Positions 1 through 10,657 of a stretch of 64,000 bases of DNA are shown in pieces. Every line of letters begins with the position of its first letter. Within the stretch, counting starts at the first letter, position 1. Under the pieces are notes generated by a model. It made no database searches, had not been told where the DNA came from, and was given only the letters and a program-made list of their open reading frames with translations. Position numbers and translations under genes: made by a program. Source of the DNA: Erythrobacter sp. (GTDB taxonomy: Bacteria > Pseudomonadota > Alphaproteobacteria > Sphingomonadales > Sphingomonadaceae); contig JAACTC010000011.1 in NCBI GenBank assembly GCA_009993635.1, forward strand, positions 60,089 through 124,088, read 5' to 3'.

Positions 1-322
<322 letters not shown>

Positions 323-472
323 TGGCGCGCCCCTGAGCGGCACCGCTCAGGTCGCGATCGATCAGGGCCCTCGGCAGCGATGCCGGGGGCCTTTTCACAT
401 ACCGCAAGGCCGGAACTGGACCACGGCCCGCGCGCTGTCACAGGGTAACCCTGTAAAGAAAGCCCCCGCGCC

Positions 473-1993
473 ATGGCCAAGACCGTTCCCCCCACCACCA
501 CCGATGCCGGTATCCGCGTCCAGAGCGACGAACATTCGCTGACCGTCAGCCCCGACGGCCCCATCGTGCTCAACGATCACTACCTGATCGAGCAGATGGC
601 CAACTTCAATCGCGAGCGCATCCCGGAACGCCAGCCGCACGCCAAGGGATCGGGCGCGTTCGGCACGTGGAAGACCACGGCGGACGTTTCGAAATACACC
701 AAGGCCAAGATCTTCCAGCCGGGCGCCGAGTGCGAAACCGCGATGCGATTTTCCACCGTGGCGGGTGAGCGTGGCAGCCCCGATACGTGGCGCGATCCGC
801 GCGGGTTCTCGGTCAAGTTCTACACCGAGGATGGCAATTTCGACATGGTCGGTAACAACACGCCGATCTTCTTCATCCGCGATCCGCTCAAGTTCCAGCA
901 CTTCATCCGCAGCCAGAAGCGCCGCGCCGATAACGGCCTGCGTGATCACGACATGATGTGGGATTTCTGGACGCTCAGCCCCGAAAGCGCGCACCAGGTC
1001 ACCTACCTGATGGGCGACCGCGGCGTGCCGAAGAACTGGCGCGAGATGAACGGCTATTCGAGCCACACCTACATGTTGATCAACGAGGACGGCGAGAAGT
1101 TCTGGGTCAAGTTCCACTTCCACACCAATGTCGGTGACGAGAGCGGCAACGCCCACCTGACGCAGGACGAGGCGGTGAAGATAGCGGGCGAGGATAGCGA
1201 TTATCACCGCCGCGACCTGTTCGACGCGATTGCCGAGGGCAATTTCCCGAGCTGGACGCTCAAATGGCAGATCATGCCGTTCGAGGATGCCAAGACCTAT
1301 CGCATCAACCCGTTCGACCTGACCAAGACCTGGCCGCACGAGGATTATCCGCTTATCGAGGTCGGCACGCTGACGCTCAACGAAAACCCGGTCGACTGGG
1401 ATACGCAGATCGAACAGCTGGCGTTCGAGCCGAACAACATGGTGCCGGGCATCGGCCTCAGCCCTGACAAGATGCTGCTCGCACGCGGTTTCTCCTATTC
1501 CGATGCGCACCGCGCGCGTCTGGGCGTCAATTACAAGCAAATCCCGGTCAACGCGCCCAAGAATGCCGATGTGCATTCATACAGCCGCGCCGGGCACATG
1601 CGCACGCAGAACGCGGTCGATCCGGTCTACGCGCCCAATTCCTACGGCGGCCCCGCCGCGCAGCCGCAGGTTGGCGGCGAAGCGACCTGGTATTCGGACG
1701 GCGACATGGTCCGCGAGGCCTATACCTTGCGCGAAGATGACGACGACTGGAGCCAGGCCGGTGCGCTGGTGCGCGAGGTGATGGACGACGCCCAGCGCGA
1801 TCGCTTCGTCTCCAACGTCGCCGGTCACCTTGCCGACGGAGTCAGCGAAAAGGTGCTGGTGCGTGCGTTCGACTACTGGAAGAACGTCGACCAGAAGATC
1901 GGCGAGCGGATCGAGAAGGAGGTCCGCGACATGATCGGCGGCAAATCCAACGCACCGGGAATGGCCAGCGCGGAATCGATCAAGCAGGGCTAG
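473..1993 (+). CDS. monofunctional heme catalase (small-subunit type, 506 aa)
   Basis: Contains typical catalase core motifs: [47 protein letters not shown] and [10 protein letters not shown]-like [13 protein letters not shown]. Confidence 0.92.
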   Translation: MAKTVPPTTTDAGIRVQSDEHSLTVSPDGPIVLNDHYLIEQMANFNRERIPERQPHAKGSGAFGTWKTTADVSKYTKAKIFQPGAECETAMRFSTVAGERGSPDTWRDPRGFSVKFYTEDGNFDMVGNNTPIFFIRDPLKFQHFIRSQKRRADNGLRDHDMMWDFWTLSPESAHQVTYLMGDRGVPKNWREMNGYSSHTYMLINEDGEKFWVKFHFHTNVGDESGNAHLTQDEAVKIAGEDSDYHRRDLFDAIAEGNFPSWTLKWQIMPFEDAKTYRINPFDLTKTWPHEDYPLIEVGTLTLNENPVDWDTQIEQLAFEPNNMVPGIGLSPDKMLLARGFSYSDAHRARLGVNYKQIPVNAPKNADVHSYSRAGHMRTQNAVDPVYAPNSYGGPAAQPQVGGEATWYSDGDMVREAYTLREDDDDWSQAGALVREVMDDAQRDRFVSNVAGHLADGVSEKVLVRAFDYWKNVDQKIGERIEKEVRDMIGGKSNAPGMASAESIKQG

Positions 1994-2105
1994 GGCCGAA
2001 CGTCAGGCCTCTCTCCTCCATGTCGATGGGCGAACCGCAACTCGCCCATCGACATGTCGCCTCAACCTGTTAATGCGAACCCTTCGCAGAAAAGGAACCA
2101 CGATC

Positions 2106-2624
2106 ATGCGCAAACTGACATTCCTCGTCCCCGTCGCCGCCACCGCACTGGCCCTCGCCGCGTGCTCGGAAGCGCCGGATGCCACCACCGACGAAACCGC
2201 CGCGACCGACGAAGCGACGGCCGATCCCGATGCCGTGGACGCCGTGGACAGCGAATCGACCGTGCTGAACGCGAACGCCGCCACCGAAGACGAGCTCGCC
2301 GCCGTCGACGGCATTTCGCCAGAGCTCGCCGCGGAAATCGTCGCCGGGCAGCCCTATGCCAATGTCGTCGCCTTCAACGACAAGCTGACGGAAACGCTGA
2401 GCGAAGACGAAGCCAAGGCCGTGCTCGTGAACGTGTTCGTGCCGATCAACCTCAACACCGCCAGCGAAGAGGAAATCCGCCTCGTCCCCGGCATGACCGA
2501 CAAGATGGTCCACGAGTTCGAGGAATACCGCCCCTATGCAGACATGGGCGTGTTCGATCGCGAGATCGGCAAATATGTCGATGAAGCGGAAGTCGCGCGC
2601 TTCCGCCAGTACGTCACGCTCTAA
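2106..2624 (+). CDS. ComEA-like helix-hairpin-helix lipoprotein
   Basis: The internal ATG at 2106 gives the lipoprotein signal MRKLTFLVPVAATALALAAC. There are two HhH-like repeats (ATEDELAAVDGISPELAAEIV and ASEEEIRLVPGMTDKMVHEF). An AAGGAA sits upstream of the ATG. Confidence 0.6.
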   Translation: MRKLTFLVPVAATALALAACSEAPDATTDETAATDEATADPDAVDAVDSESTVLNANAATEDELAAVDGISPELAAEIVAGQPYANVVAFNDKLTETLSEDEAKAVLVNVFVPINLNTASEEEIRLVPGMTDKMVHEFEEYRPYADMGVFDREIGKYVDEAEVARFRQYVTL

Positions 2625-3204
2625 CGGACCTGCGCTGCCGCCATTGCAGCAGCACCCTGACGATCTCGATCGCCGCCAATATCGCGATGTTGATATAGGC
2701 GGTGGTCGGGTCGAAGGCCGATAGTGCCCAGTGCACGAACACCAGCACCGCCGCCGGATAGACCAGCTGGTGCAGCCGCTTCCAGCCCCTCTTGAGCATC
2801 CGCATCGACGCGTCGTTCGATGTGATCGCCAGCGGCACGAACAGCGCAAAGGCGATCCACCCGGCAAGGACGTAGGGCGTCGATGCCTCGTCCCAGATGA
2901 TCGCCGGATCGGCCTTGCGCCACAGGTAGATGATCGTGTGCCCGGCGGCATAGGCGAAGCTCGCCACGCCGATATCGCGCCGTTTGCGCATCAGGTATTG
3001 GGCAAGCGAATTGCGGCGGAAGGCGAGCCTGATCGGTGTCACCGCCAGAGTCGCCATCAGCAACCACGCCGCCCAGTCGCCGCTGTCGCCGATGATGTGG
3101 CCGTAGCCGTAGGCGTCGGGCGTCAACCACCAGCGTCCCAGCATCCACGCGCCCGGCAGCGCGAGCACCAGCCACAGAAACGGGCGTGAGCGCAGCAGCG
3201 CCAT
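2614..3204 (-). CDS. ferric-reductase-like transmembrane protein (MsrQ/YedZ family)
   Basis: 196-aa polytopic membrane protein with conserved His residues in TM helices (AAGHTIIY, VFVHWAL), as in YedZ/MsrQ. No msrP gene is adjacent. Confidence 0.55.
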   Translation of the reverse strand: MALLRSRPFLWLVLALPGAWMLGRWWLTPDAYGYGHIIGDSGDWAAWLLMATLAVTPIRLAFRRNSLAQYLMRKRRDIGVASFAYAAGHTIIYLWRKADPAIIWDEASTPYVLAGWIAFALFVPLAITSNDASMRMLKRGWKRLHQLVYPAAVLVFVHWALSAFDPTTAYINIAILAAIEIVRVLLQWRQRRSVRA

Positions 3205-3794
3205 CAGCGGTTCCTCTTCAGCACGATATACAGCGCGCCCTCGCCCCCGTGGCGCTGGTGCGCCTTGCGCACGGCGGCGATCGACCCGCCGTGTTCGCTC
3301 GCGGCGAGCCAGTCGAGAATCTTCGCGCGGATCGCGCCCCGGCGCTCACCCCGGTCAGCGGCAGCGCCGCCGCGCGGCTTGCCCGTCACCACCAGCACGG
3401 TGCGCGCGCCCATGCTGCTCGCCTGCGCCATGCCATCCATCAGCCGCGTATAGGCCCGGTCGAGCCCGTGGCCGTGCAGGTCGAGGCTGAGTTCGGGCGC
3501 GATCTCGCCTGCCTTTAGCCGCCGGTCCCAGTGCGAGTCCAATCCTCCACCCCCTCGAGGGGGAGGTCGGGTCGGAGTGGTTGGCGCTCGCTGCGGAGGC
3601 CGTGCACCCACCCCCGGCCCCTCCCTCAAGGGAGGGGAGGATGCGGCGCGAGGCTGGGAGGAAGAAGAACCGGACGTACGCGTAGCAAGCTTCGGGGCGG
3701 CTGCGATCTCGGGGTTCAAAGGTTTCACGCTGGCGGCCAGCGCCGCCCAGGCCGCAGCCTCTTCCTCCGACAATCCGCGCGGGGCGCGTTTCAT
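3204..3794 (-). CDS. Smr/MutS2-type small nuclease domain protein
   Basis: The C-terminal Smr domain reads LDLHGHGLDRAYTRLMDGM...VLVVTGKP...AKILDWL. The start ATG at 3794 overlaps the mltA stop (ATGA). The longer track ORF 3204..4508 is an upstream extension over mltA. Confidence 0.75.
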   Translation of the reverse strand: MKRAPRGLSEEEAAAWAALAASVKPLNPEIAAAPKLATRTSGSSSSQPRAASSPPLREGPGVGARPPQRAPTTPTRPPPRGGGGLDSHWDRRLKAGEIAPELSLDLHGHGLDRAYTRLMDGMAQASSMGARTVLVVTGKPRGGAAADRGERRGAIRAKILDWLAASEHGGSIAAVRKAHQRHGGEGALYIVLKRNR

Positions 3795-4978
3795 CGCCCT
3801 GTGAGGCGCGCGACGCTTCCCTTCGGCAGCAGTATCAGTGCAGTCCCGCGCGCGCTCATCCCGCCGGCAATCTCGCGTGCATCGCCGCCATTGCCCCAGA
3901 AGGTGTCGAACCGGTTCGCGCCCTTGATCGCGCCGCCGGTGTCCTGCGCCACCCACAGGCCGTCTGCCACGTCGCGGTCCATATCGAGCACCACTGGCGC
4001 GCCGTAAGGCACGAAGCGAGGATCGACCGCCACGCTGTTTTCGCGGGTCACGGGCACGCCGAGCGAGCCGAGCGGCCCGCTGGTGTTCAGTTCGCGGAAG
4101 AAGATCCAGCTCTCGTTCTCCCGCATCAGCGCCCTGCCAGCCACCGGGTTCTCGTTGAGATATTGCACGATGCCCTGCATCGATCCCGGGTACTGGCCCG
4201 GCCCATCGCCCAGCAGCCCGCGTTCGCGCATCAGCCCGCCAATGGCGGTGTAGCCATGCCCGTTCTGCCCGGCGTAGCCGATGCGCATGCGGCTGCCGTC
4301 GGGCAGGCGCAGCAGGCCCGATCCCTGGATCTGGAGGAAGAACATCTCCACCGGGTCCGCGGCCCAGGCGATCTCCAGCCCGCGCCCGGCAAGCGCGCCA
4401 TCCTCTATCTCGGCGCGGGTGTAGTATTCCACGAAATTGCCCACATCGTCGTATCGGCCCAGCGGCGGACGCCCCTCGCGCTCGCTTTCGGGCATGTCGG
4501 CGGGCCATGCGCGCACCAGATCGTCGGGCATGCGGTAGACGGGCACGTCATAACCGGGCCTGCGGGTGCGGCTGCCCAGTATCTCGGGTTCGAAATAGCC
4601 GGTGGCGAAGGCCGCTCCATCGCCGATCCGCGCGGTTTCGAAATAGGTTTCGAAGAAGGTCAGCGCATCGCCCTCCCACCGCAGCGCGGCGGTGCAAGCC
4701 CCCAGCCAGTCTTCGGGTCGGGTCAACCCGCTGGCATCGACCTTTTCGGACGGCCAGTTGCAGCTCGCCCTGAACGCGGTGAGCGCCGCGGCGGCATCGT
4801 CCGCCCCGAGGCGGAGCGAACGCAAGGATGGCCCAGCCACCACACCTGCGGCGGCGGCATTCTCCAGCACGGGTTCGGGCGGGCGCTCGATCGGCGGATA
4901 AGGCGGGCGATCACCGCCGGGGCCGACGCAGCTGGCAAGCGAGGTGAGTGCCGCGAGCGGCCAGATCCACTTGAACAT
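3791..4978 (-). CDS. mltA: murein transglycosylase A (MltA plus 3D domain) lipoprotein
   Basis: The start MFKWIWPLAALTSLASC gives a lipobox signal. MltA-type motifs are present (GYFEPE, FFLQIQGSG). The 3D domain reads DTGGAIKGANRFDTFWG. Confidence 0.8.
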   Translation of the reverse strand: MFKWIWPLAALTSLASCVGPGGDRPPYPPIERPPEPVLENAAAAGVVAGPSLRSLRLGADDAAAALTAFRASCNWPSEKVDASGLTRPEDWLGACTAALRWEGDALTFFETYFETARIGDGAAFATGYFEPEILGSRTRRPGYDVPVYRMPDDLVRAWPADMPESEREGRPPLGRYDDVGNFVEYYTRAEIEDGALAGRGLEIAWAADPVEMFFLQIQGSGLLRLPDGSRMRIGYAGQNGHGYTAIGGLMRERGLLGDGPGQYPGSMQGIVQYLNENPVAGRALMRENESWIFFRELNTSGPLGSLGVPVTRENSVAVDPRFVPYGAPVVLDMDRDVADGLWVAQDTGGAIKGANRFDTFWGNGGDAREIAGGMSARGTALILLPKGSVARLTGR

Positions 4979-5039
4979 CGCGCTTCCCCTCAGTCCGATC
5001 CGGCCCTTCGGACCCAAGGCCGGTTTAACCCACGACCTT

Positions 5040-5747
5040 CTAGCCTTCGTCGGTTTCGACCAGCTGCCAGTCGGGCGTGCGCGAATCGACGCGGCGCGCG
5101 AAGGTCCAGATGTCGCGGCTTTCGATCGCATCGTCGAGCGATCCAGCCACCACATTGCCTTCGCCATCGCGCGTGACCGCTGCGATATCGGCGACGAAGC
5201 GCACGGTGATCCGGGCCTCCTTGCGCTCCAGCTCGGCATCGCGAATCGTCGCGTCCTCGATCCGGATCAGGCGGTTGTCGACCGTTTCGCCCGCTTCCGC
5301 GCGCGCGTCGATCGCCTGGGCGAAACCTTCATAGACCGAATCATCGCACAGCTCGCGCAGGCTCTCCTTGTCGCCGTTCCAGAAGGCTTCGAGGATCATG
5401 CCGTAGGCACCCTTCGCCCCTTCGAGGAACGAGACGATATCGAACCCGCGATCCGCCGCGATGATCGACTGCACGCCGCGTTCGACCTGCGGCAGCACGT
5501 CGGCCTTGGCTTCCTGTTCGCTCACCACGCGGGCGGGGGCTTCCGGCGCCTGCTCCACAGGCGCCTTGCCCGGGCCAGGGAAGCGATCGACATAGGGTGC
5601 CTTGGGCTCTTCTTCATGTTCGGCACGGCGGCCGAGCACGGAATACAGCCGCAGCCCGAGAAAGACTGCAATCATGGCGAGAATGACGATTTCGGTGATC
5701 ACTGGTAATCGCACCTGACTGGTCGGCGGGTGTAAGGACACAGGCAA
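5040..5747 (-). CDS. Tim44-like domain protein (start codon uncertain, possibly GTG at 5702)
   Basis: An N-terminal TM segment (IVILAMIAVFLGLRLYSVLGRR) is followed by a Tim44-like C-terminal domain (FLEGAKGAYGMILEAFWNGD...IWTFAR). Confidence 0.7.
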   Translation of the reverse strand: MPVSLHPPTSQVRLPVITEIVILAMIAVFLGLRLYSVLGRRAEHEEEPKAPYVDRFPGPGKAPVEQAPEAPARVVSEQEAKADVLPQVERGVQSIIAADRGFDIVSFLEGAKGAYGMILEAFWNGDKESLRELCDDSVYEGFAQAIDARAEAGETVDNRLIRIEDATIRDAELERKEARITVRFVADIAAVTRDGEGNVVAGSLDDAIESRDIWTFARRVDSRTPDWQLVETDEG

Positions 5748-5953
5748 ACCGTGCCCTGCGCACCCAAAGTGTTACATTCATTCCCACAGATAGGGGACGA
5801 TATCAAATGCACAACGGCCTTCGAAGTGTCCCAACGGGTCGATTCGTGCCCGTTGCGGGGCGGGAACGCCCCTGCTAGGCGGCAATCCATCGCAGCGGGT
5901 GCCCGGCATTCGGGCCTCCCCGCCCCCGCAACATGACAAGCAGAGTGATATTC

Positions 5954-6490
5954 ATGGCCGACGAAGGCGACGTTCTGACCGATCTCAACAGCCAGCCCAA
6001 TGCCAATGGCGCGGATAATCGCCCCACCGCCGGCTTCATCACGCAGTATATCAAGGATCTCTCGGTCGAGAATCCGAACGCGCCCGGCAGCTTCCAGTGG
6101 CAGGACGCGCCGAACATCGATCTGCAGTTCAACATCGCGGTCAACCCGGTGAACGACGAGATCAGCGAAGTCGAACTGAAGATCAACGCCGAAGCCCAGT
6201 GCGAAGGCGGCGCGATGTACGTGATCGAGCTGCTGTATGCAGGCCTCGTCGGCATCCGCAATCTGCCCGAGGATCAGGCGCACATGTTCCTGTTCGCCGA
6301 AGCACCGCGTATCCTGTTCCCCTTCGCGCGCCGCGTGATTGCCGATGCGACCCGCGATCTTGGCTTCCAGCCGCTGATGGTCGACCCGATCGATTTCAAC
6401 GGCCTGTACATCCAGCGCATGCAGGAACGGCAGCAGGAAGAAGGCACCGCCGCCGGTGGTGCGGGCAACATGCCGGGCGGCAACGCCTGA
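5954..6490 (+). CDS. secB: protein-export chaperone SecB
   Basis: ITQYIKDLSVENPNAP...LLYAGLVGIRN...LFAEAPRILFPFARRVIADATRDLGFQPLMVDPIDF is typical SecB. The ATG at 5954 is preferred over 5933. Confidence 0.88.
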   Translation: MADEGDVLTDLNSQPNANGADNRPTAGFITQYIKDLSVENPNAPGSFQWQDAPNIDLQFNIAVNPVNDEISEVELKINAEAQCEGGAMYVIELLYAGLVGIRNLPEDQAHMFLFAEAPRILFPFARRVIADATRDLGFQPLMVDPIDFNGLYIQRMQERQQEEGTAAGGAGNMPGGNA

Positions 6491-6517
6491 TAGCGGCCCG
6501 ATAGGGGAGGCGGGCGG

Positions 6518-8137
6518 ATGAGCCTGCTCAAGAATGTCGGCACGATCGGCGGACTGACGCTGGTCAGCCGCTTTGCCGGGTTAGCGCGGGAGATGATCTT
6601 CTCCCGCGTGCTCGGCGCGAATGCCGTCACCGATGCCTGGTTTCAGGCGTTCATCATCCCCAACGTCTTCCGCCGCCTGTTCGCGGAAGGTGCCTTTTCC
6701 GCCGCCTTCGTGCCGATGTTCTCCAAGCGGTTGCACGGCACGAGCGACGCGGAGGGCGGGCTGGAAGAGGCCCGCAGCTTCTCCAACGACGTGTTGAGCG
6801 TGTTCCTGCCGGTGCTGATCGCACTGTGCGCGCTGATGATGCTGGCGATGCCGCTGGTGATCCGCCTGCTGGGCGATGGCGATTCGGCGCCCGCGAACTT
6901 CGCGATGGAGGTCGACTTCGCGCGGATCATGTTCCCCTATATCGCGCTGGTCAGCCTGGTGACGCTGTTCACCGGGATGCTCAACTCGGTCAGCCGGTTC
7001 GCGCCGGGGGCGAGCTTTCCGATCATCCTGAACGTGATCCTGATCGCGGCGCTGCTTTTCGGCGACTACGCGATGGACGAATGGGGCTGGACCGAGCGGA
7101 TGGTCGGCTACAGCCAGGCGTGGGCGGTGACGCTGGGCGGGACGATCCAGCTCGCCTGGCTCTATTACTGGACGCGGGTGGAAGGTTTCCGGCCCAGGCT
7201 TTTGTGGCCGCGAATCACACCCGAAGTGAAGCGGCTGAGCATCATCGCGCTCCCCGCCGCGATCGGTGGCGGCGCGTACCAGATCAACACGCTGGTGCAG
7301 CTCTACTTCCTCAACCAGCTCGACAGCGGGTCGATCAGCTACATGAATTATGCCGACCGGCTGAACCAGCTGCCGCTGGGGATCATCGGCATCGCGCTGT
7401 CGACCGCGATCCTGCCGACGCTGTCCAAATTCGTCGCGTCGAAAAACCGGGAGGGGACGGACCGCATCCAGTCCGACGCGATCGAACTCTCCATGCTGCT
7501 GACGATCCCCGCCGCCGTGGCGCTGGCGATCTGCGCGGTGCCGTTCGTCACCATGATCTTCCAAGGCGGGCGCTTCAGCGTGGAGCAGGCGGCGCTGACG
7601 GGCGACGTGCTGGGGATGCTGGTGCTAGGCCTGCCCGCCTATGTGCTGGTGAAGGTGCTGGTGCCCAATTTCTACGCCCGGTCGGACACGCGCACGCCGG
7701 TCTATGCCGCCTTCATCTCGCTGGTGGTGTTCACGGCGATGAACTTTGCACTGGTTGCCGAGTGGGGCGTGGTTGGCGTCGCCTTTGCCAGCGTGATCGG
7801 CGCGTGGATCAACGTCATCTATCTGTATGCCGTGCTGGTCAGGCGCGACTATTACGCGATCCCGCTCAAGCTGGTGGGCCGCATCGCGCGCCAGCTGGTC
7901 GCGGCGGCGGCGATGGGCGCGGCGCTGTGGTTTGCGCGCGACCTGCTGACCGGATGGTACGATGCGGGCCTGTTCGAACGGGCGGGCGCACTCATCGCGC
8001 TCGTGATCTGTGCGGGCGCGGTCTATTTCGGTGTCGCCTTCGCCATCGGCGCGATCGACAGGCAGCGCATCGTCACGCTGACCCGCAAGAGCCCCGTTCC
8101 CGAAGAAGGCGGCAGGCCGGGCGATCTTGCCGAATAG
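6518..8137 (+). CDS. murJ: lipid II flippase MurJ
   Basis: 539-aa polytopic protein starting MSLLKNVGTIGGLTLVSRFAGLAREMIFSRVLGA...FFQAFIIPNVFRRLFAEGAFSAAFVP, the MurJ/MviN signature. Confidence 0.92.
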   Translation: MSLLKNVGTIGGLTLVSRFAGLAREMIFSRVLGANAVTDAWFQAFIIPNVFRRLFAEGAFSAAFVPMFSKRLHGTSDAEGGLEEARSFSNDVLSVFLPVLIALCALMMLAMPLVIRLLGDGDSAPANFAMEVDFARIMFPYIALVSLVTLFTGMLNSVSRFAPGASFPIILNVILIAALLFGDYAMDEWGWTERMVGYSQAWAVTLGGTIQLAWLYYWTRVEGFRPRLLWPRITPEVKRLSIIALPAAIGGGAYQINTLVQLYFLNQLDSGSISYMNYADRLNQLPLGIIGIALSTAILPTLSKFVASKNREGTDRIQSDAIELSMLLTIPAAVALAICAVPFVTMIFQGGRFSVEQAALTGDVLGMLVLGLPAYVLVKVLVPNFYARSDTRTPVYAAFISLVVFTAMNFALVAEWGVVGVAFASVIGAWINVIYLYAVLVRRDYYAIPLKLVGRIARQLVAAAAMGAALWFARDLLTGWYDAGLFERAGALIALVICAGAVYFGVAFAIGAIDRQRIVTLTRKSPVPEEGGRPGDLAE

Positions 8138-8331
8138 GCTGCGTGTGATAGTGCTCGCGGCTATGAACCGGATTGCCCAGCCAGCTGACATTGCACCGCG
8201 TCGCCCTGCGACGCCCAGTCGGGCGGCCTGGACCTGTCCAGCATGGCGATGGCCGGGTCGGCTTTAATCCGACCGTCGGGGCACCCCGGCACCACGCCCC
8301 CATCCGTTCGATTTTCGAAAGAGCTACCACC

Positions 8332-9360
8332 ATGCGCGTCGTTTCCGGCATCCAGCCCACCGGCAATCTTCACCTCGGCAATTACCTGGGCGCGATCCGC
8401 AACTGGGTAAGGATGCAGGACGAACTGCCCGAAGGCAGCGAGTGCCTGTTCTTCCTCGCCGATATGCACGCGATTTCCATGCCGCACGATCCTGCGACGC
8501 TGCGCAGGGGCACGCTGGAAATGGCTGCGGCGCTGATCGCCTGCGGCATCGATCCGCAACGCTCTATCCTGTTCAACCAGGCGCAGGTCCCCCAGCACGC
8601 AGAGCTGCAATGGCTGCTGACCGGCACCGCCCGCATGGGCTGGCTGAACCGGATGACCCAATGGAAGGACAAGGCGGGCAAGAACCGCGAAGGCGCCTCG
8701 GTCGCGCTGTTCGCCTATCCGGTGCTGCAGGCCGCCGACGTGCTGCTGTATCAGGCCACCCACGTGCCCGTGGGCGACGACCAGAAACAGCATCTGGAGC
8801 TGGCGCGCGACATCGCGCAGAAGTTCAACAATGATTTCTGTGCCGAGGATGCGCCGGTGTTCACCCTGCCCGATCCCTACATCCCGCCGCAGGCCGCGCG
8901 CATTATGAGCCTGCGCGACGGATCGAAGAAGATGAGCAAGTCCGACCCTTCGGAAATGAGCCGAATCGAACTGGCGGACGATGCCGATACGATCATGAAG
9001 AAGATCAAGAAGGCCAAGTCCGATCCCGATCCCCTGCCCTCAGAGGTTGCGGGGCTGGAGGGGCGGCCCGAGGCGCTCAATCTGGTGACGATCTACGCCG
9101 CGATGGCCGGCCAGTCCGCAGACGAGGTGCTGGCGACCTATGGCGGGCAGGGGTTCGGGGCGCTCAAGCCCGCGCTGGGCGAAGTGCTGGTCGAAACGCT
9201 GGCCCCGATTTCCAGCCGCTTCCGCGAACTGCTGGAAGATCGCGAAGCACTCGACGCGATCCTCGCACGCGGCGCTGCGATGGCCCGTGACGAGGCCGCG
9301 CCAACGCTTGCGGCGACATACGATGCGCTCGGCCTGGTTCGCGGCCTGTCGCGAGGCTGA
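8332..9360 (+). CDS. trpS: tryptophan--tRNA ligase
   Basis: MRVVSGIQPTGNLHLGNYLGA carries the class I HIGH-like motif. KMSKSDPS is the KMSKS motif. The upstream part of track ORF 8173.. is an extension. Confidence 0.92.
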   Translation: MRVVSGIQPTGNLHLGNYLGAIRNWVRMQDELPEGSECLFFLADMHAISMPHDPATLRRGTLEMAAALIACGIDPQRSILFNQAQVPQHAELQWLLTGTARMGWLNRMTQWKDKAGKNREGASVALFAYPVLQAADVLLYQATHVPVGDDQKQHLELARDIAQKFNNDFCAEDAPVFTLPDPYIPPQAARIMSLRDGSKKMSKSDPSEMSRIELADDADTIMKKIKKAKSDPDPLPSEVAGLEGRPEALNLVTIYAAMAGQSADEVLATYGGQGFGALKPALGEVLVETLAPISSRFRELLEDREALDAILARGAAMARDEAAPTLAATYDALGLVRGLSRG

Positions 9361-9475
9361 GGGGGAAACCGATTGGTGATCAATAGGTTAAAGGAGCGTT
9401 CAGGCGGAAAAGCGTAATCCATCAACCACTATTGACGGACTTTCGCCTGAAAGGCCGGCAGCAAGGGGCGAACAC

Positions 9476-10141
9476 ATGAAGACACGCAAAATCCTCGCAG
9501 CATTCTGCGCACTGGGCCTGGCCGGGACCGGCCTGGTCGCCTGCACCACCGGCTTCCAGGCCGATGTTTCGCGCTTCCAGTCGAAGCTTCCGGCGCCGCA
9601 GGGCCAGACCTTCGCGGTTGTGGCCGACGATCCGGCGCTCGCCGGCGGGCTTGAGTTCAGCCAGTATGCGGGCCTCGTCAGCCAGAAGATGGCCACGCTC
9701 GGCTACACTCCCGGGACGCCCGAGAACGCCGACCTGCTCGTCCGGTTCGATTATGGCGTCGATAACGGGCGCGAACGGATCGTCGATTCGGGCCTGCGCG
9801 ATCCCTTCTTCGATCCCTGGTACCGCTATCGCCCGCGCTATTTCCGCACGCGCGACGGCCGCGTCTTCGTGGTCCGCGACCGCTCGTGGGGTTATGGTTT
9901 CTACGATCCGTGGTTCCGCGACAATGACCTGCGCAGCTACACCGTCTATACCAGCGACATAGAGCTGGAGATCGACGACCGCGCCACCGGCGAACGCCTG
10001 TTCGAAGGCACCGCCCAGGCCATGTCGCGCAGCGATCGGCTGCAGTACCTGGTGCCGAACCTGGTCGAAGCAATGTTTACCGATTTCCCCGGCAATTCGG
10101 GCGAAACCGTGCGCATCTCGATCAAGCCGGAAGACCGGTAA
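9476..10141 (+). CDS. DUF4136-like outer-membrane lipoprotein
   Basis: Signal plus lipobox MKTRKILAAFCALGLAGTGLVAC. It ends in FTDFPGNSGETVRISIKPE, which resembles the C-terminus of the paralogue at 57941..58552 ([18 protein letters not shown]). Confidence 0.55.
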   Translation: MKTRKILAAFCALGLAGTGLVACTTGFQADVSRFQSKLPAPQGQTFAVVADDPALAGGLEFSQYAGLVSQKMATLGYTPGTPENADLLVRFDYGVDNGRERIVDSGLRDPFFDPWYRYRPRYFRTRDGRVFVVRDRSWGYGFYDPWFRDNDLRSYTVYTSDIELEIDDRATGERLFEGTAQAMSRSDRLQYLVPNLVEAMFTDFPGNSGETVRISIKPEDR

Positions 10142-10198
10142 GCGCGGCGAGACTTCACGAACCGATGAAGGCGGGCCGCAGGGTCCGCCTTTTTCGTA

Positions 10199-10657
10199 TC
10201 AGAGCGTCGCGTGCCCGCCGGTCGATCCGAAGCCGCCGCTGCCGCGCGCGGTTTCGTCCAGATCCTCGACCTCCTGAAAACGGGCGCGCGTGACCGGTGC
10301 CAGCACCAGCTGCGCCACGCGGTCGCCGCGATGGATGGCGAAAGTCTCGCTGCCGTGGTTGATCAGCAGCACCTTCAGCTCTCCGCGATAATCGGAATCG
10401 ATCGTGCCCGGCGTGTTGGGCACAGTAACCCCGTGCTTGAAAGCGAGGCCCGATCGCGGGCGCACCTGGATTTCGTAGCCTTCGGGAATAGCAACCGCGA
10501 AACCGGTGGCCACCGCGTGGCGCGCGCCCGCTGCCAGCTCGACGTCTTCCGCCGCATGCACATCCATCCCCGCCGCGCCCGCCGTCGCGTAAACCGGCAG
10601 GTCGAGGCCCTGCCCGTGCTCCAGCCGCTTGATCCGTACGGCCACAGTGTCAGTCAT
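10199..10657 (-). CDS. dut: dUTP diphosphatase
   Basis: Contains the dUTPase motifs [27 protein letters not shown] and [10 protein letters not shown]. Confidence 0.92.
   Translation of the reverse strand: MTDTVAVRIKRLEHGQGLDLPVYATAGAAGMDVHAAEDVELAAGARHAVATGFAVAIPEGYEIQVRPRSGLAFKHGVTVPNTPGTIDSDYRGELKVLLINHGSETFAIHRGDRVAQLVLAPVTRARFQEVEDLDETARGSGGFGSTGGHATL

Noticed and set aside
395-1576. 393-aa ORF antisense to the catalase gene
   Set aside because: Its Arg/Ala/Gly/Val-rich composition is typical of shadow frames in high-G+C DNA. The opposite strand encodes an unmistakable catalase.
6826-8148. 440-aa alternate-frame ORF inside murJ, and the antisense ORF at 6581..7564
   Set aside because: The sequence is extremely Arg/Gly/Ala/Asp-rich and low in complexity. 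The murJ frame carries the conserved motifs.
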